From an uncultured Planctomycetia bacterium (GTDB lineage Bacteria; Omnitrophota; Gorgyraeia; DAOVKU01): DNA of 31,623 bases. The stretch covers positions 1 to 31,623 of the forward strand of contig CAYUDR010000002.1 in NCBI GenBank assembly GCA_964443705.1, given 5' to 3'. How positions within the stretch are numbered: position 1 is the stretch's first letter; each line of letters starts with the position of its first letter. The translations under genes were made by a program, and so were the position numbers. A model generated the notes under the pieces. The model was not told the DNA's origin. It was given only the letters and a program-made list of their open reading frames with translations, and did not search any database. Shown in pieces: positions 15,799-22,787 of the stretch.

Positions 15799-17742
15799 TT
15801 GGTGGAATTTAAAAAGTTTTATTTTGGCTTTTTTTTGATCTTATTATTTTTAATTTTTGGTTGCGCGGCTCCGCGGATAAAGAAAATCCCGATTGAAAAG
15901 GCACAGAAAAGCCAATTTATGATAGTAGATGATTTTAATAGCGGAAGTGAGCCGAATAAACTTGGAGGCGGCCAGTTAATCGAACTTACGCCGGGTGCGG
16001 CTTGTTCATCCATTTACATTAAAGAGGATGCTTTCCGTGGCTACTCTGTAAAAATTGATTATCAACTCGTCGCCGGCTCACGGTGTTTGTGGGGTATGGA
16101 TTTAGAAAATTTAGATGCCAGCGCCGCGCAAAGAATAATTTTTATCCTCAAACATAAAAAAGATATTCCTTTAAGCGTTGGCTTGGAAGATGGAGCTGGT
16201 AATTTAGCGGTTTTGCCTTTGCCTCCGGCTGATTTAAAAGATAAAGAATGGGTTACCGTTGCACTTAGCCTCAATGAATTTAAAGATATTGACTTAAATG
16301 ACTTAAAATATTTTAAATTAATCTTTGAATCACGAAAAAAATCCCTTAAATCCATAACTTATATCGATGAAGTAAAATTCTTTGGACCAAGGCAACTGCT
16401 TTTTTTGTCACTTAAAGATAATTTATTTGGTTTTCCCGAGAAGGTTTTAGATAAAAGAAGAAGAAAACGTCTTTTAAAATTGAAAAATAAGGCTATCTTT
16501 AAGGAAATTGCCAGAGACGCCTGGGGATATTTTGATAAAACAGTTGATAAGAAAAATCATCTTGTCCTTGATTATATTCAGGTTGTTCCAGAGCCTATTA
16601 TCGGCGATTATACTTCGCCGACCAATATCGGGCTTTATCTAGTTGCTGTCATTTCGGCTTATGATCTGGGATTTATATCTGAAGAGGATGCCCTCTTACG
16701 CATTAAGGCTACTCTGGATATCCTAAGAGAACTTCCCAAATATAGCGGTTTTCTTTATAATTACTATAATACTTCTAATCTTCATATTACCCGGGAGTAT
16801 ATTTCCTCCGTAGATTGCGGCTGGCTGGCGGCGGCCTTGATAGTGGTGCGTCAATCCTTTGGCGGCAAGTTTTACCCACAAGCAACGCAGTTACTTGAGG
16901 AAATGGATTTTTCTTTTTTCTATGACAAATATCTTGGCCAGCTCAACTTAGGTTATGAGACAGATAAGAAGACCTTTACTCCTTATCATTATGGTTTTAT
17001 TGCCAGTGAAGCTAGGATAGCTTCTTTTGTAGGCATAGGTATGGGCGATTTACCAAAAAGGCATTGGTTTAAGATAAGGCGCACGCCTCCGGCAGAGTGG
17101 AACTGGCCCAGCCAGAAACCAAAAGGGGAATACAAAGAATATCTGGGTGAAGAGGTATTTGAAGGCTACTATAGTTATGGAGATTTGAAGGTAGTCCCAA
17201 GCTGGGGCGGGAGCATGTTTGAGTTTTTGATGCCGGTTTTATTTATAGATGAGATTAAGCTTGCGCCCGAAGGTCTTGGTTTAAATGATATCCTGGCTAC
17301 TAAAGCGCAGATTAAATTAGCTGAGGAGAAAGGTTATGCGGTTTGGGGATTTTCACCCTCCTCTAACCCGCAGGGTGGATATAAAGAATATGGAGTTAAG
17401 CAAATAGGCATTACAGGCTATGCGGAGGGTGTAGTTACGCCTCACGCGGCCTTCCTTGGCCTTTTAACATTGAGAGAAGAAGCGGTAGATAACATAAGAA
17501 AAATGATAAGCGACTATGAAATTTACGGTGAGTATGGGCCTTACGATTCTTTTGATGTAAAAAGTGGAAAGGTATCCTACAAATATCTTGCGCTGGACCA
17601 AGGTATGCTTTTAATTGCCTTAAACAACTATTTAAACGAGGGCGCAATTCAAAAGAGATTTTACGCCGACCCTATAGCGCAAAAAGCCAAAGAAGTTTTA
17701 AAAATAGAAAAGTTCCCCTGGGCGGGTGAATATATTAAATAA
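15799..17742 (+). CDS. Lipoprotein: CBM11/CIA30-like domain plus GH144/GH189-like (DUF3131/glucoamylase-like) putative beta-1,2-glucan-active domain
   Basis: Lipobox LIFGC; motifs YTSPTNIG, YISSVDCGWL, ASEARIASF, SWGGSMFEFLMP, WGFSPS, GVVTPHA, YLALDQGM; RBS GAGGAGG (TTG 15799 or GTG 15802). Confidence 0.8.
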   Translation: MVEFKKFYFGFFLILLFLIFGCAAPRIKKIPIEKAQKSQFMIVDDFNSGSEPNKLGGGQLIELTPGAACSSIYIKEDAFRGYSVKIDYQLVAGSRCLWGMDLENLDASAAQRIIFILKHKKDIPLSVGLEDGAGNLAVLPLPPADLKDKEWVTVALSLNEFKDIDLNDLKYFKLIFESRKKSLKSITYIDEVKFFGPRQLLFLSLKDNLFGFPEKVLDKRRRKRLLKLKNKAIFKEIARDAWGYFDKTVDKKNHLVLDYIQVVPEPIIGDYTSPTNIGLYLVAVISAYDLGFISEEDALLRIKATLDILRELPKYSGFLYNYYNTSNLHITREYISSVDCGWLAAALIVVRQSFGGKFYPQATQLLEEMDFSFFYDKYLGQLNLGYETDKKTFTPYHYGFIASEARIASFVGIGMGDLPKRHWFKIRRTPPAEWNWPSQKPKGEYKEYLGEEVFEGYYSYGDLKVVPSWGGSMFEFLMPVLFIDEIKLAPEGLGLNDILATKAQIKLAEEKGYAVWGFSPSSNPQGGYKEYGVKQIGITGYAEGVVTPHAAFLGLLTLREEAVDNIRKMISDYEIYGEYGPYDSFDVKSGKVSYKYLALDQGMLLIALNNYLNEGAIQKRFYADPIAQKAKEVLKIEKFPWAGEYIK

Positions 17743-17751
17743 GTATACAAA

Positions 17752-18109
17752 TTAAGATAAACGACAGAGAGGTTCTTTAAAGAAGATTTTATAACTTTTT
17801 AGATGGTCGGAATTAATTTTATCAGAAGCATTTTCGCCCTTTGCCGGCGGGGCAAAAATCATAATTTCTATTTTTTTGTTGTTCTCTAATGCTTCACTAA
17901 TGTCTATTTTTCTCTTACCTACATCTTTGTGAAACCACCGTTTGTTTGCGTGTATAAGAAAGACCTTATCTTTTTCTAAGTTTAGTTCACACTTTTTAAA
18001 ACCCCCTATTTGTCTTTTCTATAATTATACCTTTCGCTTCTCTGGCTGAAACCCATTCCAGGGCCGCTTCTTCTTTAATTTCTTCTTTTAGAATTTGGAA
18101 TGTTGGCAT
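17752..18109 (-). pseudogene. Possible frameshifted gene remnant (37 aa + 82 aa), unknown family
   Basis: ATG at 18109 reads MPTFQILKEE...NRGF* (stop 17996-17998). A second frame continues FKKCELNLEKDKVFLIHANKRWF...CRLS* across a GGGGGTTTTAAAAA run. The + strand turns pyrimidine-rich here, as expected for - strand coding. Confidence 0.3.
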
Positions 18110-18130
18110 AAAATAATTATCTTGAATTTT

Positions 18131-18155
18131 CTGTGCGAGGCTTAGCCTCGCACAG
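18131..18155. repeat. REP-like palindrome, family A
   Basis: CTGTGCGAGG-cttag-CCTCGCACAG; recurs at 29831 and 29916. Confidence 0.8.
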
Positions 18156-18182
18156 TTTAGAATTTTATTTATAGCGATTTTA

Positions 18183-18191
18183 TGTTATAAT
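18183..18191 (+). promoter_or_regulatory. Extended -10 promoter
   Basis: TGtTATAAT upstream of the ATG at 18234. Confidence 0.5.
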
Positions 18192-18233
18192 GTGTTTGGT
18201 TTTAAAAATAGAGATAAAAGAGAGAGAAGTGAA

Positions 18234-19801
18234 ATGTATTTTAAGAAAATATTTATTTTGACTTTTTTTATATTATTAGCGCCTTTGACGGCAATGGCTG
18301 AGCCTATAATTAATATTGTTGATTATCCACAAGATGAAAGGTATAACGCAACCAACCCCTATTTCGCAGAATTGGTTGCTATTGATGTAGAAAAAATCAA
18401 AGTTAAATTTTTACCAGTCAACATCAAAAGCTATCTTAATAACGATGGTTTATCGTCAAGAAGAGATTATAAAAAGGCCGATTTTGACGGGGAAGGTAAT
18501 TCTATCAGCAAAAGGCGCCTTCCGCCAATTGGCAGGATTTTTAAGGTCGGCAAAGAAAGGCTTAAATTGCAGTTAAGTGAAGTTAAATCAAATGACAACA
18601 TAGCCTGTAAAGGACAGGTAATCGGCGTAGAGCCACGCTCTTATACCGCTGCCTATTTTCTTATGGCTTCTACCAAAGGAGATGCGGCCGCCAAGCTCAA
18701 ACTGCAATACGGTGATGGCTCGAGTGAGGAATTATATTTTGCCCCCGCTATTTCCGACTGGAGAACGCCCCCTCTCTTTACCGAAGCGCAATTTCCTCCC
18801 ACTACCATAAATACGCCTTATAAATTAACTAAAGAGCCGGCTTATGTCGCCTTGATAAAAGTGCCTGTTTCAGGGACCAAGATTTTAAAAGCCATAAAAT
18901 TACCTGATATTCCTCGCGTGCATATTTTTGCCATTACCCTCGAAGAGGGCGGCCCGGTGAAAAATTGTCTTTATGAGCCCGGGCTTTCTCCTAAAGCAGG
19001 CCATATCAGTTCAGGTCAGGAAAAGAGTGGAGAGAGCTTAAGTCCATTAAAAATATCATTGATTTTGAAGGACGCCCCGCTTTTGGAATGAACGAAGAAT
19101 CAGTCGGCTATGCCTTTTGCAAGATATTATCTAATAAAGACCAGATAGTGCTGTTTAAACTGAGAAGCGACGATGGCATCAAAGTCTAGTTAAACGGTGA
19201 AAATATTATTACCAATAATGTTGCTCGTGGACTGGGAACGGAAGAGGATATTGTAACCGCTTATTTAAGAAAGGGCGAGAATAAACTTCTCATAAAAGTA
19301 AGCGACCATTATGGCGGTTGGGGTTTCGAGTGCGATTTAGTTTCTATAGACGGCAGTGAAATAGCCGGTTTAAAATTTAAACCTGCCGCCCTTTCACTTA
19401 AAAGAATACCGGTAAAAAATATTACCGCTTCTTCTATTCAGGGCGGAAACAGCAATTTATATAACCCCCTTTATGCAGTCGATGCTGATGAGAAAACACG
19501 CTGGAGCAGCCAGCATGCCGACCCACAGTATGCTACTATTGAGTTTAACAAAAAAGAGAAATTAAAAAGAATAGACCTTTTATGGGAAACCGCCTATGCT
19601 AAAAAATATGTTTTAAGCACCTCTTTAGACGGCGAAAACTGGCAGGAAATTTATTCCACGGATTCTGGTAAAGGAGGCTGTGAAGTTATTCCCTTAAAGG
19701 AACCCGTAGAGGCAAAACTTTTAAAATTACTTACCTTAGAAAGAGGCACCGACTGGGGTTATTCTCTGTGGGAAATTGAAATCTACGGGAAAAAACAATA
19801 G
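18234..19801 (+). pseudogene. Disrupted secreted multi-domain carbohydrate-binding protein (beta-sandwich + PA14-like + F5/8 type C/CBM32)
   Basis: Signal peptide at 18234. A TCAGG tandem duplication (19011-19020) shifts the frame. The shifted frame reads SGKEW...RSDDGIKV*LNG (TAG 19187-19189, at the W of the PA14-like SDDGxKVWLNG motif)...GENKLLIKV...AVDADEKTRWSS...WETAYAKKY...SLDGENW...WGYSLWEIEIYG, stop 19799-19801. Confidence 0.85.
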
Positions 19802-19872
19802 AAAATTTGCTTAGTTTTCAACAACAAAAAAAGCGCATGCTAATAATTGCACATCCAGCCGAGACAGATAGG

Positions 19873-19884
19873 CCTGCCGGCAGG
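19873..19884. repeat. Short GC palindrome (REP-like)
   Basis: CCTGCCGGCAGG, single copy, intergenic. Confidence 0.35.
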
Positions 19885-19890
19885 TAGGGC

Positions 19891-19919
19891 TTGAAAAATA
19901 GACACCCTGAAGGTATAAT
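19891..19919 (+). promoter_or_regulatory. sigma70-type promoter
   Basis: TTGAAA(19891-19896)-17-TATAAT(19914-19919). Confidence 0.85.
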
Positions 19920-19946
19920 AAATATATAAGTTAATGGGGGTGTAAA

Positions 19947-20858
19947 ATGTCAAAAAGGTATTTAATTTTTAGTGTTCTATTTGGTGTAATTATTTTTTGC
20001 GTTGGCACTGCTTTCAGCGACACGGTTTATTTTAATAATCATAAACTTGAAGGACGTATAGTGGAAGAGACACCGGCTCATGTAGTAATAGAGACGTCCA
20101 TCGGCAGCGCAACCATCACCAAAGATAGAATTACAAAAATTGAACGTCTTAGCCAGGAAGAAAACTTTTTAAAGATGGGGGACAATCAATTTAAGCAAAA
20201 ACGCTATAACGCCGCTATGGACTATTATAATAAAGCCCTTGAAGTTAACCCCGAATATGAAAAAGCTAAGGCGGCGCTGGCTAAAGTCAAAGAAATTAGG
20301 GAAGAAATCGCTCAACTGCGAAAACTTGAACTTGAGCGTCAAAAGAAACAAAGAGAGAAGAAAAAAGAAGAATTAAAAAAGAAAATAGGTATGGTGGTTG
20401 ATGAAATAGATGGAAAGTTCGAAGTTGTTAATGTGGTAAAAGATTCTCCCAGCGACCGCGCTCAAGTCAAAGTCCATGACCGTATTATGAGCATCGACGG
20501 CTCTTCCACTAAAGACATGAGCCTGGAAAAAGCCTGGGAAAAGCTTTCGGGCAAAAGGCCCATAACACTTACTATCGAACGCGAGGTGGATGTATTGAGA
20601 AAACGGATTGAATACAGAAAAAGGAGTTTTGTAGGCATAGGCATGTTTTTTGATACGGACAATGAAGGTCTTTTTGTTAGCAGCGTTATTGAAGGTGAGT
20701 CGGCTGATAAAGCCGGGCTGGGGAGTGGGGATAGAATTATTAGTATAAACGGTAAACCCACCAAAGGCCTTGGCCTGGATGAAGCCGCAGAACTTATTGG
20801 CGATGGAGAATTGAGTAAAGTTAACATTGTCATAAAAAAAGACGTTAAGATAGAATAG
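19947..20858 (+). CDS. Exported TPR plus tandem PDZ domain protein
   Basis: Signal peptide; TPR-like GDNQFKQKRYNAAMDYYNKALEVNPEY; PDZ motifs VVKDSPSDRA...DRIMSIDG and FVGIG...VIEGESADKAGL..GDRIISING; no protease domain seen. Confidence 0.8.
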   Translation: MSKRYLIFSVLFGVIIFCVGTAFSDTVYFNNHKLEGRIVEETPAHVVIETSIGSATITKDRITKIERLSQEENFLKMGDNQFKQKRYNAAMDYYNKALEVNPEYEKAKAALAKVKEIREEIAQLRKLELERQKKQREKKKEELKKKIGMVVDEIDGKFEVVNVVKDSPSDRAQVKVHDRIMSIDGSSTKDMSLEKAWEKLSGKRPITLTIEREVDVLRKRIEYRKRSFVGIGMFFDTDNEGLFVSSVIEGESADKAGLGSGDRIISINGKPTKGLGLDEAAELIGDGELSKVNIVIKKDVKIE

Positions 20859-21445
20859 TGAAAAAGGTAGTTTTTGTATTTCTTTTTGTTTATGTCGTTT
20901 TTTTCGCGAGTATTGCTTTCACCGATTATCTTTCCATTGACACTTTTGATGATGAGGTCAGGCCGAATAATCTGGGCGGTGATTATGGAATTTGGTCGCT
21001 GGATTGGGATGATTCAACTCAGAGTTGCCGGATGTACCATGATAGGTTTGAGAAGTTAAATGATAGAGGTGCCTCGGTAAAGATAGTATACGATGTTGAT
21101 TCTAAAAATAAGGCCGCCTGCGGCTTTTTTACCATTTTGAGCGGTGTAGATTTAAGTGAATTTAATCGGTTAGTTTTTTATATCAAAGGAGACGAAAAGC
21201 AAGGTTTTACCGAGAGCCTGGAAGTTGAAATTTCAAATCCCACCGAGGTAAGTAGATATTTAGTTAATGATATAACCGATAAGTGGCAGAGAAAAGTAAT
21301 ACCGCTGGCTAATTTTAAGAGGATATCCGATTGGTCTAATATAACCAAGTTTGCTATTGTTATTGAAGATAATAATGTGACCAAAAAAACCGGCGTTATT
21401 TATATTGACGATATTTACTTCTCCGACTCTGGAAGGGCTATGTAG
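20858..21445 (+). CDS. Secreted stand-alone CBM11/CIA30-like protein (paralog of 14520 and 15179)
   Basis: Signal peptide; IDTFDD...NNLGGDYG...KIVYDV...LVFYIKGD...ITDKWQRKVI...KTGVIYIDDIYF; GTG overlaps the upstream TAG. Confidence 0.78.
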   Translation: MKKVVFVFLFVYVVFFASIAFTDYLSIDTFDDEVRPNNLGGDYGIWSLDWDDSTQSCRMYHDRFEKLNDRGASVKIVYDVDSKNKAACGFFTILSGVDLSEFNRLVFYIKGDEKQGFTESLEVEISNPTEVSRYLVNDITDKWQRKVIPLANFKRISDWSNITKFAIVIEDNNVTKKTGVIYIDDIYFSDSGRAM

Positions 21446-21674
21446 TTTTGAACGGCAATAACAACTTAAATTCATATAAAAAATACGGACATTTTTCGAA
21501 AGATTCAGCTGAATTTATAACCACCCGACCGGATACTCCACGCCCGCGATTTTATAGGTGTTAAAGTTATTACTCCAGTGGAATTGATTATTCGCTTTTC
21601 TTCCTCAAAGCCTCCTCGAACTCAAAAAATCTAAACCAAGCCCTTCTTCATTTCACATGATTAAAAATAATTTT

Positions 21675-21703
21675 TTGACATTTGGTCTGTTTTTGTATAG
21701 ACT
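21675..21703 (+). promoter_or_regulatory. sigma70-type promoter
   Basis: TTGACA(21675-21680)-17-TAGACT(21698-21703). Confidence 0.7.
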
Positions 21704-21710
21704 GAAGCTG

Positions 21711-21724
21711 TGTAAGTGGTTACA
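21711..21724. promoter_or_regulatory. LacI/cre-like operator (probable autoregulation)
   Basis: TGTAA-GTGG-TTACA between the -10 and the LacI start. Confidence 0.7.
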
Positions 21725-21756
21725 TTTTAAAGAAAGAATATAAAAGGATTTTAAAA

Positions 21757-22767
21757 ATGGCTAAGACCATAAAGGAAGTGGCCAGGAAGGCCAGGGTTTC
21801 GGTTGCTACCGTTTCCAGAGTTTTAAATAATTCACCCCTTGTTAAAGCTGATACCCGAAGGAAGGTTTTAAAGATAGTTAAAGAATTGGAATATTTTCCT
21901 AATGTCTTTGCCAGGGGCTTGAGTAAAAACAAGACAGAGATTATCGGCCTTGTGGTTCCGTCTTCTCCTTTTTTATTTTCCGCTTATTTTTTTAATGAGA
22001 TATTAAGGGGTGTTGAATTTACGGTTTCCAGTAATAATTATAAATTATTGCTTAATGTCGAGCAGTCTGGGTTTGAAGAAAACGGCGTTGCTACTCTTTT
22101 TGACCAGCGGCAGGTTGACGGGGTAATCATTGTAGCCATGCCCCTGGATGCGCTGGCTAAAGCTGGATTAAAGGATAAAAAATTCCCGTTGGTTTTAATA
22201 GCTACTCACGCCCCCAAATTTAACTGCGTTTATGCTGATAATATAAATGGCGCTTTCTCTGCCACCCGGCATCTTATAGATTTAGGCCATCGCAGGATTG
22301 CTATTATAAACGGCGTTATGAACGGTTCAGACGGTCAGGAAAGGTTTAAGGGATATAAAAAGGCACTTTTGCGCAGTAATATCGAATACAGGCAGGAATT
22401 GGTTGGTGTGGGCAACTTCAGGCAGGAAGAGGCCTATAAATCCATGAAAGACCTTTTACACTTAAAGCCTCTTCCCACAGCTGTCTTTGTCGCCAATGAC
22501 CTTATGGCCATAGGCGCTATGAAAGCCATTAGAGAAAAAGGCCTGCGCATCCCGAAGGATATATCTATAGTGGGCTTTGATGATATTGACCTGGCTACTT
22601 TTGTTGACCCCCCCTTAACCACTATCAGGCAGCCCATGTTTGATATTGGCAGAGTGGCGGTTGAGAATTTAATTACCCTTATAGATAAAAAAGAATCAAA
22701 GCACACGCAAAGGGTCTTAAAGACAAAATTAATTATCAGGGAATCAACAGCTAAGTGTAAAAAATAA
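21757..22767 (+). CDS. LacI family transcriptional regulator
   Basis: TIKEVARKARVSVATVSRVLN; YFPNVFARGL; IPKDISIVGFDD; PPLTTIRQP. Confidence 0.96.
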   Translation: MAKTIKEVARKARVSVATVSRVLNNSPLVKADTRRKVLKIVKELEYFPNVFARGLSKNKTEIIGLVVPSSPFLFSAYFFNEILRGVEFTVSSNNYKLLLNVEQSGFEENGVATLFDQRQVDGVIIVAMPLDALAKAGLKDKKFPLVLIATHAPKFNCVYADNINGAFSATRHLIDLGHRRIAIINGVMNGSDGQERFKGYKKALLRSNIEYRQELVGVGNFRQEEAYKSMKDLLHLKPLPTAVFVANDLMAIGAMKAIREKGLRIPKDISIVGFDDIDLATFVDPPLTTIRQPMFDIGRVAVENLITLIDKKESKHTQRVLKTKLIIRESTAKCKK

Positions 22768-22787
22768 CCTATTAAAAGGGGTTTTTT

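Noticed and set aside
19187-19189. Stop-codon readthrough or recoding of TAG in the multi-CBM gene
   Set aside because: The gene also has a frameshifting duplication, and TAG is a normal stop for several other genes here. Pseudogenisation is simpler.
21446-21674. 229-nt intergenic stretch with protein-like fragments on the - strand (e.g. AWFRFFEFEEALRKKSE)
   Set aside because: Multiple stops in all frames and no start or RBS. It may be a remnant but cannot be supported.
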